Origin: Clostridia bacterium
Lineage (GTDB): Bacteria > Bacillota > Clostridia > UBA1212 > UBA1255
Reading direction: 5' to 3'
Assembly: GCA_017517275.1 (NCBI GenBank)
Contig: JAFWZX010000015.1
Span: 12,363 to 76,362 of the forward strand
DNA: 64,000 nt
Below the pieces are notes generated by a model, which made no database searches, was not told the DNA's origin, and saw nothing but the letters and a program-made list of their open reading frames with translations. Below are positions 7,965 through 16,722 of the stretch, in pieces. Made by a program: the position numbers and the translations under genes. Within the stretch, counting starts at the first letter, position 1. Every line of letters starts with the position of its first letter.

Positions 7965-9155
7965 ATGAAACTTATTACTCGAAATCAATATTTAGAAAAG
8001 CTCATCAATGTAATCGGTACTCCGGATATTAAGGTCATCACGGGTGTTCATCGTAGCGGAAAATCCAAGCTGCTTGAAGCGTTCAAAAATCATATCGAAC
8101 AGAATGTACCCGACCACAACATCATTCAAATCAACTTCAACTTGCCGGAGTTTGACCACTTGCTTGAATACAGACCCTTGTACGACTATATCAATTCTCA
8201 GTATGTGGCTGGCAAAGAGAACTTTGTTTTGATTGATGAAGTCCAGATGTGCACCGACTTTGAGAAAGCAATCAACGGTCTGCACGCATCCGAAAAGTTT
8301 GATATTTATATCACCGGCTCAAACGCTTTCCTTTTGAGTTCCGACCTTGCTACGCTGTTTACAGGAAGAACATTTGAAATCAAGGTATTTCCGTTCTCGT
8401 TTAGTGAATACATGCAGTATTTTGGTTACAGCGACAAGTATGCTGCCGTTGATAAGTATATGATTGAGGGCGGCATGGCTGGCTCCTATCTGTATAAAGA
8501 TCAAGAAGCTAAGTATGATTATATTGCCGACGTTTTCAATACGCTAATTGTCCGTGATATTCGCAAGAAATATAAAATCCGCAATATGCAGTTGATGGAC
8601 AGACTTGTGGATTTCCTTATGGACAACATTTCCAATCTGACCTCGGCACGAAACATCACAAATACTTTCAGCGGCTTAAAGGAAAAGATCAACCATGTTA
8701 CTATCAGCTCGTATATTCAATATTTGTGCAATGCCTTTGCCTTTTATAAAGTCCGCAGATATGACATTAAAGGCAAAAAGTATCTTTCAAGCAATGACAA
8801 GTATTATCTGAGCGACCATACATTCCGCTACGCAAAACTCGGCACGAAAAACATGGACTATGGCAGAATCCTTGAAAATGTGGTTGCAATTGAACTGCTC
8901 CGCAGAGGGTATGAGGTCTATGTCGGTGTACTTTACAAGAAAGAGATCGACTTCGTTGCAATAAAACGAAACGAGAAGATTTATATACAAGTATCTGACA
9001 ATATCAGCGATGACAAGACTTTTGAGCGTGAGGTTTCGCCTCTGCTTCAAATCAAAGATGCATATCCAAAGATGATAATTGCACGTACACGACACGATGA
9101 GTATCAGTATGAGGGTGTAAGGATTATTGATATTGCGGATTGGCTGCTGGGTTGA
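7965..9155 (+). CDS. AAA-family ATPase with C-terminal DUF4143-type (PD-(D/E)xK-like) domain (COG1373-like)
   Basis: Walker A GVHRSGKSKLL and Walker B FVLIDEVQ. The C-terminal ENVVAIELLRRGYEVYVG...KKEIDFVAIKRNEKIYIQVSD resembles the restriction-endonuclease-like core of DUF4143 proteins. Confidence 0.8.
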   Translation: MKLITRNQYLEKLINVIGTPDIKVITGVHRSGKSKLLEAFKNHIEQNVPDHNIIQINFNLPEFDHLLEYRPLYDYINSQYVAGKENFVLIDEVQMCTDFEKAINGLHASEKFDIYITGSNAFLLSSDLATLFTGRTFEIKVFPFSFSEYMQYFGYSDKYAAVDKYMIEGGMAGSYLYKDQEAKYDYIADVFNTLIVRDIRKKYKIRNMQLMDRLVDFLMDNISNLTSARNITNTFSGLKEKINHVTISSYIQYLCNAFAFYKVRRYDIKGKKYLSSNDKYYLSDHTFRYAKLGTKNMDYGRILENVVAIELLRRGYEVYVGVLYKKEIDFVAIKRNEKIYIQVSDNISDDKTFEREVSPLLQIKDAYPKMIIARTRHDEYQYEGVRIIDIADWLLG

Positions 9156-9181
9156 TTTCCAAACGAGAAAAAATATCAAGA

Positions 9182-9290
9182 ATGGTAAATCCTCCGTGAT
9201 TTCAAGTGTTTTGAGATAGAAAAAGAACGATGCTAAGTCTTTCGACTCGACATCGTTCTTTTCGTAGTGGTTTTCCAATCCCGTAAGACA
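9182..9290. repeat. right copy of ~108-bp inverted repeat bracketing the ATPase gene
   Basis: See the left copy. The outer end gtggttttccaatcccgtaagaca (9267-9290) also resembles 7683-7712 in direct orientation. Confidence 0.9.
9221..9262. terminator. terminator-like hairpin inside right repeat; could stop both the ATPase gene (+) and the convergent MFS-GH2 gene (-)
   Basis: Stem arms agaacgatg (9224-9232) and catcgttct (9251-9259). T-run on the plus strand and A-run upstream (a T-run on the minus strand). Confidence 0.6.
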
Positions 9291-9297
9291 TCCTGTT

Positions 9298-12200
9298 CTA
9301 ACGCATTGTAAAGGCTGTGTTTATTTCTTTAGATATTCTCTGCATCAATTCTTTATCAACCTTAAGAACCTGACGGTCATATGTAAAAAGGCCGTTCGTT
9401 TCATCTTCTACGTCACTTACTTGCGTCAGAATCGCAGCGCACAGGTGGTCTGAACGTATTGCTTCTGCCACTTCTTCCGTATAAAGTTTAGATATAGCCG
9501 TACAGAAGTCATCTGCTTCTGTAAAAAACTTATAGCCATATGTGTTATTCGGATTTGCGGAATTTTCGGGGATTTTCAAGGAGTATCCGCCAAATTCTGA
9601 CAAAACAAGAGGCCTTGAGGAACTGCCTGACGCAGGAAAATGCAATGGCTTAAAATAAATATGTTCACTGTCTACGTCTGACTTGGTTTCTTTAAACCAA
9701 CCGGAGGTAGTGTCCCAGACACGGCTGCTATCTGTTTCTTTGAAAAGATCGTACTGTGAATCGGCATCATACTGGCCCCAACCCTCGTTAAAAATCGTAT
9801 AATAACATACACATGGGTGGTTATATAGGTGGTTTACTGTTCTTTTGGCAGTATCTTCAAAATGTCGGCGCCTAATATTGTCAGCCCGATGGGTAATACC
9901 GCGCTTGAAACCGATTGTGGGAAGGGCAGTGTCAACTATAAAGCTATATTTACCGTTATTTACAAAATCCTGAAATACGTACATTCCGTATTTGTCGCAT
10001 AAATAATAGAAAATCTGCGGTTCGATTTTTATATGCTTTCGCAGACAATTAAAGCCAAGACTTTTCATCGTCAAAATATCATTTTCAAAGCCTTTGTATG
10101 TGGCCGGAAGATAAATACCGTCGCTGAAATATCCCTGGTCAAGTAGTCCGTGGAAGAACACCGGCTCGCCGTTTATAAGTATCTTTTTACCTTCGATCGT
10201 AACAAATCTTAAGGCAAAATACGAAGATACAGAGTCTTTTCCTGCAATTATTTTAAAATCATATAAGTATGGATCGTCTGCAGACCATAAGTGTATTTCT
10301 TCAGGCGAATATGTTATTGAATTGCCTGTAAATGGAATTTCTTTTCCGTCGATGACCAGTTTTTTTTCATTGCAGCCTCCGATAACGTCAATCTTGACGT
10401 AAGGTTTGTTTGAAGCATTTTCAGAAGTGTAACAAGCCGTTGTTTTAATTGACGTAATGTAATCATCTGTTACTGTCTCAAGCCACACGGTTTGCCATAT
10501 TCCGGAAACAGGGGTGTACCACATGCCACCTCTTTTTTTCCTTTGTTTGCCGTAGGGAACGTTAGAATCAAGCGGGTCTGAAACGTGCACCGTAAGTGTG
10601 TTTTTACCTGATTTGACATAATCTGAGATATCTGCAGAAAAAGGTAAATATCCGCCTATATTATGGCAAACGCTAACGTTATTTACGTATACCGTCGTTT
10701 CTGCGTCCACTGCACCAAAGTTAAGTATCAACTTTTGCCCGTTATCTTTTTTGTAGAAATCTTCTTCTATCTCAAAATATCTCTCATATATCATCAGATC
10801 CTTTTTCTGTACGTTCTTTTGAACTCCGCTGAGTCTTGATTCTACAGGAAAGGGTACAAGTATATCGCCTTTGAAAATTTCCTTGTTACCGCGCTTTATT
10901 CTAAAATCCCATTTACCGTTTAAGCACTTATACGAATCTCGTTTTAATGTCGGTCTTGGGTAAACATCCCAGGGAATGCTGTTTTCTTTTAATTCTGCTT
11001 CAAAGGGGGTGGTAAGATCTGTAAGCGGCTTTACGTTTTTTTTCACTATGAGAATCACCATCGGTATGAGACAGATAATGGCAATCATAGCAGCTAAGAA
11101 AATGTATTTATTTGGTAAAAATGAAGTGGTGCCGTCATTGTTTTCAATAAGCTGTGCATTCTTTAAAACGCGCGCGCCTATTGCAGGACCGACAACCCCT
11201 GGAATTAATACTTGTGAGAAAATTCTCAATCCCTGGAACATACCGGCCTTCCCGGCAGGGGTGTATTCTCTGATTAAAGCGCCGAAGACCGCCATCCCAC
11301 TTAAGTATCCGCACATCATCATCAATGATCCTGCAAAAACCGGCACGGCGGAGGTAGTAAGAAATAGTGTTGTAAAACCTGCCACTAGCCATATTAAGGG
11401 AAATGTAATGGCAAATTTAAAGCCTTTTTTATCGTAAACTTTTCCCCATAAAGCCGTGCACACAGAGGCGAGCACAATTGCCGGTGCAAGCACGAGTACG
11501 TAATTTGTCATCTTAAGCGTTTTTTCATAGTAAATAATTAAATACGGCATGAAAATCTGTATCGCAATGTTAAAAATCACAAATCCTGCCAGAATAATAT
11601 ATAAAAGGGAGTTGCTTCTAATAGTGGAAGGCATAAAACCGTGGAAAATGTTCCTGAAGTAGCTTGTTTCCGAAGGCTTGATGTCCGGTTCTTTTATAAT
11701 GAAAATACCTAAAATTCCCACTAAGATTACAATAATACCGATGATGGAGAAAATAATTGTCCAACTGGAAGCTTCTTCCAGATTAAAAAACATAAAGCCG
11801 CCAAAAACTACTAATATTGCAACAAGCGGCATCATGGAGTTGATTCCCTCAACGGAACCTCTGTTAGTAGAATCTGTACTGTCTGTAATCCATGCGTTAA
11901 AGGCCGCGTCGTTTGCGGTTGAACCAAAAAAGGTCATAATGCAATCCAATGTAATCGTAAGCGTAATGCCTAACGAGGCAGCTTGCGCTACCATAGGAAA
12001 CAGTGTTCCTAAAATCTCTGTTTTGAGTAACGTAAAACAGAAAATGGATATTCCCCATAATATATAACCGCCGCAGATAAACATTTTCCTTTTGCCTATT
12101 TTATCTGCCAACGCACCGATAAATACTGTAGTTAGTGCTGCTGCAACGGCTGACATCGCTACCATAAGCGAGATATCAGAGGCAGAGGCGCGAAACATAT

Positions 12201-12309
12201 TATATATAAACACGTTAAGATACATGTTCTCAACGACCCAGGCGACCTGACCTATCAGACTAAACAGGGTAAGCGCACACCAAAAACGTCCGGAAAGCTT
12301 TGTCTTCAT
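9298..12309 (-). CDS. fusion protein: N-terminal MFS (GPH/MelB-like) transporter + C-terminal GH2 glycosidase (beta-galactosidase/beta-glucuronidase-like)
   Basis: Start chosen at MKTKLSGRFW (ATG 12307-12309, with GGGAGGAAA just upstream). About 12 hydrophobic segments are followed by GH2 blocks: LNFGAVDAETTVYVNNVSVCHNIGGYLPFSADISDY, YTIFNEGWGQYD (acid/base NE) and LVLSEFGGYS (nucleophile E). Confidence 0.8.
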   Translation of the reverse strand: MKTKLSGRFWCALTLFSLIGQVAWVVENMYLNVFIYNMFRASASDISLMVAMSAVAAALTTVFIGALADKIGKRKMFICGGYILWGISIFCFTLLKTEILGTLFPMVAQAASLGITLTITLDCIMTFFGSTANDAAFNAWITDSTDSTNRGSVEGINSMMPLVAILVVFGGFMFFNLEEASSWTIIFSIIGIIVILVGILGIFIIKEPDIKPSETSYFRNIFHGFMPSTIRSNSLLYIILAGFVIFNIAIQIFMPYLIIYYEKTLKMTNYVLVLAPAIVLASVCTALWGKVYDKKGFKFAITFPLIWLVAGFTTLFLTTSAVPVFAGSLMMMCGYLSGMAVFGALIREYTPAGKAGMFQGLRIFSQVLIPGVVGPAIGARVLKNAQLIENNDGTTSFLPNKYIFLAAMIAIICLIPMVILIVKKNVKPLTDLTTPFEAELKENSIPWDVYPRPTLKRDSYKCLNGKWDFRIKRGNKEIFKGDILVPFPVESRLSGVQKNVQKKDLMIYERYFEIEEDFYKKDNGQKLILNFGAVDAETTVYVNNVSVCHNIGGYLPFSADISDYVKSGKNTLTVHVSDPLDSNVPYGKQRKKRGGMWYTPVSGIWQTVWLETVTDDYITSIKTTACYTSENASNKPYVKIDVIGGCNEKKLVIDGKEIPFTGNSITYSPEEIHLWSADDPYLYDFKIIAGKDSVSSYFALRFVTIEGKKILINGEPVFFHGLLDQGYFSDGIYLPATYKGFENDILTMKSLGFNCLRKHIKIEPQIFYYLCDKYGMYVFQDFVNNGKYSFIVDTALPTIGFKRGITHRADNIRRRHFEDTAKRTVNHLYNHPCVCYYTIFNEGWGQYDADSQYDLFKETDSSRVWDTTSGWFKETKSDVDSEHIYFKPLHFPASGSSSRPLVLSEFGGYSLKIPENSANPNNTYGYKFFTEADDFCTAISKLYTEEVAEAIRSDHLCAAILTQVSDVEDETNGLFTYDRQVLKVDKELMQRISKEINTAFTMR

Positions 12310-12439
12310 ATTTCCTCCCGTATCCAGAAAAATTTTATACGTAAGTATATCATTTATTACGCCTGTTTGACAAACTTTTCTCCCTGCAATATGATATATG
12401 AAAACCAAGTAAACTGAATCGTATAAGGATTGACTTTCT

Positions 12440-13411
12440 ATGGAGAAGAAGACAAAGAGTAATAAACGAAACAAAGTAAAGAAAATATTACTGGGGTTTC
12501 TGGCATTTTTTGTTTTTTCTGCCGTTGTTGCGATGCCCACGTCTGCCGTGATTGTGTACGAAGCAATCTTTTCACAGAGATTTGAACCGGCAGAGGAGAT
12601 GTCATTTGAAGTGGAAGATTTCCCGGGCCTGGTACGGGAGGAGTGTTTTTTTGAATCCTCAGAAGGAAAGACGCTTGCAGGTTTTAAATACGATAGAGCT
12701 GATAATGAACAAAAGGCGGTAGTCGTTATTGCACACGGTCTCGGAGGCGGAGGACAAAGCCTTTATATGGATGTGGCAGACTTTTTTACCAGGAATGATT
12801 TTTACGTTTTTTCCTATGATGCTACAGGAAACGGAAAAAGCGAAGGAGAAGACGTAAGAGGTCTTCCTCAAGGTGTTATAGACCTGGATAATGCCTTGGA
12901 TTTTGTGAAAAGTCAGCCTGAATATGCCGGACTGCCTATTGTGATTTTCGGCCATAGTTGGGGTGCTTATTCTGCCGGTTGCGTTCTTGAATATCATCCG
13001 GATATAAGTGCCGTTGTAATGGTTGCCGGCTTTAATCAATCAAAAAATATGTTGGAGCAAGAGAGTGTAAAGGCGGTAGGTCCTATAGCAAAGCTTACTT
13101 TGCCTTATGTTAGTCTATATGAGTATATAAAATTTGGCGAGTATTCAAAGTCCAGTGCAGTAGACGGCTTTGAAACGTCCGAAGCAGGTGTGATGATTCT
13201 TCAAAGCAAAGATGATACAGATGTACTTCCTGAAATAGGATATGATATATTTTTTAAAAAATACAACGATTCGCCTCGCTTTGAATTTGTTCTTTTTGAG
13301 GACAGGGGACATTCGTATCTGTATTACAATGACGGCAAGCTTGAACTTGGACTTGATGAGGATCTGATGAATGACATAGTACAGTTCTATTCTTCATACT
13401 GTGAAAAGTAA
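12440..13411 (+). CDS. membrane-anchored alpha/beta hydrolase
   Basis: N-terminal basic stretch plus TM (ILLGFLAFFVFSAVVAM). Nucleophile elbow IFGHSWGAYSA. HG oxyanion motif VIAHGLGGGG. Confidence 0.75.
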   Translation: MEKKTKSNKRNKVKKILLGFLAFFVFSAVVAMPTSAVIVYEAIFSQRFEPAEEMSFEVEDFPGLVREECFFESSEGKTLAGFKYDRADNEQKAVVVIAHGLGGGGQSLYMDVADFFTRNDFYVFSYDATGNGKSEGEDVRGLPQGVIDLDNALDFVKSQPEYAGLPIVIFGHSWGAYSAGCVLEYHPDISAVVMVAGFNQSKNMLEQESVKAVGPIAKLTLPYVSLYEYIKFGEYSKSSAVDGFETSEAGVMILQSKDDTDVLPEIGYDIFFKKYNDSPRFEFVLFEDRGHSYLYYNDGKLELGLDEDLMNDIVQFYSSYCEK

Positions 13412-13516
13412 AAAATATGTACAAGATACATACTTTAGGGTGTTTTTTTACGTATTGTACCAGTAAAAAACTTTTGATATAATTACGAAACTTTATGAAA
13501 AGGAATGAGGCCTTAT

Positions 13517-16500
13517 ATGAAAAAAACAAGAAAAAAACGTCGTGGTTTAATTGTTATTTCTATACTTGTTGCGACAGTGCTAATAGCCGGAGCTGTCGCT
13601 TCATATTTACTGTTTGCAGATAGAACAAAGGCGATAGATGAGCGTTTTGCCCGTCAGCCACTTGTGGATTATACGCAGTTTTTACCTAAGCAAGCTATAA
13701 ACAAAATGTTTGATGATAAAGGAGGATTTGCATATCTCCTTGATGCAGAGATTTATTATGCTGACGGTGAATATAAGACGTCTTCCGTTGCTGCCTGTAT
13801 CTCCGAAAATGACGTTCTTTACATACAGGTTCCTGAATACGGTAAGAAAACTCCTGAGGAACTAGCAACAATTCTTCAGTGTAATTACGTTGTATATGAC
13901 AGTAAACTTGTTATTTTTTCTTATAAAGACGATTTTGTAAATACGTTTGAGGATGTTTATACTTTAGAAGCTCTTGCTATGTATCTTCGCGGTGCAGGTG
14001 AGGCAGATATTGCAAACGCATTTATTACTCTTCCGAATTTTGTTTCTAATGATGCTAATAACAGCGTTTATTATACGGAACCTAATCTTAATCTTGGTTT
14101 GCAGACACAAATCTACAGCTTACAAATGGAAGGCTACGATACAGGCTTTGAACAGGTAGCTGACGGTCCGATGATCGTTGCAGGACAGGGCAGAGATGAG
14201 CATAACAACACTGTGGTAAGAGTTTTCAACGCACAACAGACGTGTATAAGCCAATTCCTGGCATATCCCAGCAAAGTAAAGGGTGGTGTCGACGTTAAAG
14301 CAGGCAAGATTCCCGGATCAGAGGACGTTCTCATTGTAACGGCTCCTTATACGGCAGACGTAAATGCTGCTCTTAGTATTAAAGTATTTGATTCTATGGG
14401 AAGTCTTTACTATGGCTTTGTTCCGGACGGAATAGAAGCTCCGTACGCAATAGAGGTTGGTAATTTCACAGGTAGGGCAGATGAAATGTGTATATTTGTT
14501 ACGTCACGAGAATTTACTGCCGGCAAGACAAAGTGCGCTCTTTATAATCTGGCGGATGGTTCTTATATAGGTCGCGTTACTCCTAAGGATGTGGATAAAC
14601 TGCCTACCCAAAATATTACAGTCAGTACTTTTTCAGATGATGCCGATCTGGTAAAACAGCAGTTGATTTTTTCATTTGACTCAACAGGTGACGTATATTA
14701 TTTGAATTGTATTGATAAATTATGGACAAAAGCCGAATTTACGTTGTCTGAGAACGTTACCGCAGTATACGACAGTGCTTTTCCGGGACAGCTGATTGCA
14801 TCAACCACTGGGGATACTTTCTCCGAGATGATTGTCTATGCACAGCACGGTGCAGATATAGAGAACGGTACTATCCTTAACGTAGGAAAAAAAGAAAATA
14901 TTTTTTACTCAAATTTTGCGGAAAAGAATGATGACGCATACGTAACTTACTGTAGATTTAATCACGTTCGTACAGATCTTGACATCAGAGCTATTACAAA
15001 GGTCAGCTCTTTATCTTCTCAAAAAAGAAATAATATTGATTTGTATTGGGACAGCCTTTCATATTCGGATTGGAAGTATACCCTCACGCCGACTCAAGCA
15101 GAATTATATCATTCAACTAACAATATGTGGGAGCCTTGCTTCACACACAGATGGATTAAAACACAAAGTATAATTCTTTTATCCAAAATAGTGGACAAAG
15201 AGACAGGCTTCCCGGCATACGTTTCAGTAGGTCGCGACAACAAAGATGGAAATTACGTTGAACTGAACAGTTCATTCCTTATAGGAACTTACGCAGATGC
15301 TATACCTGAAATGCAAAAAATGAGAATATATCCTCTCCGTACGATGCTTCAGCAACTTGCAGGTCACTTCCGCGGTGAAAACGGCGAACCGGAAAAATTA
15401 GTTGCAGTATCGCCCGTTCATGAGCAGGAAATAAACGTTGCCGGTTCTATCGGAGATTATCATCCTAACATGATTAAGGGCTTTAGGGAGTATCTTTTAG
15501 GATTATACGGCAGCGTAGAGAACATTAATAAGCGTTTTGGTACGAATTTTGACTCTAAAGATAAAATTGATCCTCCCAGATATGATCCTAAACGAAGCAA
15601 TTTGCAAGAGTGCCGCGGAGACTGGGACGTTTACGGCGAAAGTGATTATTTCACCCAATGGAGCTTATATACGAGAAATATTGTAAATAAACGCATTATG
15701 GAAGCGTACCGAGAGGCGCTATTGGCAGGATTCCCGCCGGAGGCTATAAATGCTCATCAGATTCCGGAAGGAGATGCAGTAGGAGGATTCTTAGGAGAGG
15801 CTGACACCCGGTTGTCTCCCACCGACGTAGTATCAATTTGCGGTACGGCATACGGCGGTACGCGATACGGCATTTTCTACAGCAATAAGAGTAATTTTAT
15901 TTCCTTGTCCTATGCCTCGGGTCACTATAATACAACACTTGGAGAGTATTCTGCTCTTACGGCTTCAAGCCTCGAGGCTTATGAACAGCTTTTATATCTA
16001 AGAGACAGCGGGGTTAAATATACAAACGTTCTTGTTCCCTTTAATTCTCAATCTCCGGAATTCAAGAATGTGAGTAAAGCAGAAACTTCTGCTATCAGTA
16101 TGCTTCAAAAAGAAAATGACCCTCGTACGGCATCTACCGGCGGAACAGGTGCTGCCCATCCTGTGTACAGAGGAACGTCTTCCTTTGATATTGTACAATT
16201 AGGTGACGCAGACCTTAACGGACTCCTGAAATCCGTAAAACAAGACGGCTCTTGGGAAGGAAGCGTATACCTGGTACCCTTTAGATCTCAAATTGAAATT
16301 ACGGATATTGATATGAAAGGATTTGGTAAAAGCTATAGCTCAGACGTTATCAAAGGTCTTCAATACGGGGATCAAGTCGAGCTTACCTTCATGGCTTCGT
16401 ATAAGGGCTCCGGCAAAGCCAAAGCAAAAATAGAGATTTTCCATGCCGGAAATCTTGTCAAAGATGCTACTTGCGTTTATACTTTAAATGAGGAGACAAC

Positions 16501-16702
16501 CCATTACAGATACGTTCTGTCTAATCAGCTCAGACTTGAAGATATTGAGATTCGTCTGACGTTCGATTGCAACAGTTTTTTGCGCCTTAATGTGGACAAT
16601 ATTGAATGCACATCACAAATTGAGTGTGTCGCCCACAAGTATTTCGGAGATTTGACTGCTGCTGCAAACAAGGGCGGTGTTTCCTTTGATATAATCGATT
16701 AA
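13517..16702 (+). CDS. large N-terminally anchored hypothetical protein (1061 aa) with GH42-like sequence block
   Basis: N-terminal KKTRKKRRG plus TM helix. FG-GAP-like segments (VGNFTGRADEMCIFV). MIKGFREYLLGLYGSVENINKRFGTNF resembles the GH42 beta-galactosidase block. Start moved to the second ATG (13517), which has better SD spacing. Confidence 0.6.
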   Translation: MKKTRKKRRGLIVISILVATVLIAGAVASYLLFADRTKAIDERFARQPLVDYTQFLPKQAINKMFDDKGGFAYLLDAEIYYADGEYKTSSVAACISENDVLYIQVPEYGKKTPEELATILQCNYVVYDSKLVIFSYKDDFVNTFEDVYTLEALAMYLRGAGEADIANAFITLPNFVSNDANNSVYYTEPNLNLGLQTQIYSLQMEGYDTGFEQVADGPMIVAGQGRDEHNNTVVRVFNAQQTCISQFLAYPSKVKGGVDVKAGKIPGSEDVLIVTAPYTADVNAALSIKVFDSMGSLYYGFVPDGIEAPYAIEVGNFTGRADEMCIFVTSREFTAGKTKCALYNLADGSYIGRVTPKDVDKLPTQNITVSTFSDDADLVKQQLIFSFDSTGDVYYLNCIDKLWTKAEFTLSENVTAVYDSAFPGQLIASTTGDTFSEMIVYAQHGADIENGTILNVGKKENIFYSNFAEKNDDAYVTYCRFNHVRTDLDIRAITKVSSLSSQKRNNIDLYWDSLSYSDWKYTLTPTQAELYHSTNNMWEPCFTHRWIKTQSIILLSKIVDKETGFPAYVSVGRDNKDGNYVELNSSFLIGTYADAIPEMQKMRIYPLRTMLQQLAGHFRGENGEPEKLVAVSPVHEQEINVAGSIGDYHPNMIKGFREYLLGLYGSVENINKRFGTNFDSKDKIDPPRYDPKRSNLQECRGDWDVYGESDYFTQWSLYTRNIVNKRIMEAYREALLAGFPPEAINAHQIPEGDAVGGFLGEADTRLSPTDVVSICGTAYGGTRYGIFYSNKSNFISLSYASGHYNTTLGEYSALTASSLEAYEQLLYLRDSGVKYTNVLVPFNSQSPEFKNVSKAETSAISMLQKENDPRTASTGGTGAAHPVYRGTSSFDIVQLGDADLNGLLKSVKQDGSWEGSVYLVPFRSQIEITDIDMKGFGKSYSSDVIKGLQYGDQVELTFMASYKGSGKAKAKIEIFHAGNLVKDATCVYTLNEETTHYRYVLSNQLRLEDIEIRLTFDCNSFLRLNVDNIECTSQIECVAHKYFGDLTAAANKGGVSFDIID

Positions 16703-16722
16703 ACGGGAATGAACATCAATTA

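Noticed and set aside
8787-9278. 163-aa minus-strand ORF overlapping the ATPase gene and the right inverted repeat
   Set aside because: It is antisense to a motif-supported CDS, has a low-complexity hydrophobic translation and starts inside the repeat/terminator hairpin. It is a shadow ORF.
7744-9290. Calling the repeat-bracketed segment an insertion sequence or transposon
   Set aside because: It contains no transposase, integrase or recombinase gene, and no clear target-site duplication could be established from one copy. I report it only as repeats plus a hypothesis.
12310-12540. 77-codon N-terminal extension of the MFS-GH2 ORF in the supplied track
   Set aside because: The extension overlaps the divergent alpha/beta-hydrolase gene start and has no SD. 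The internal ATG at 12307-12309 has a strong GGGAGGAAA SD and begins a normal MFS N-terminus.
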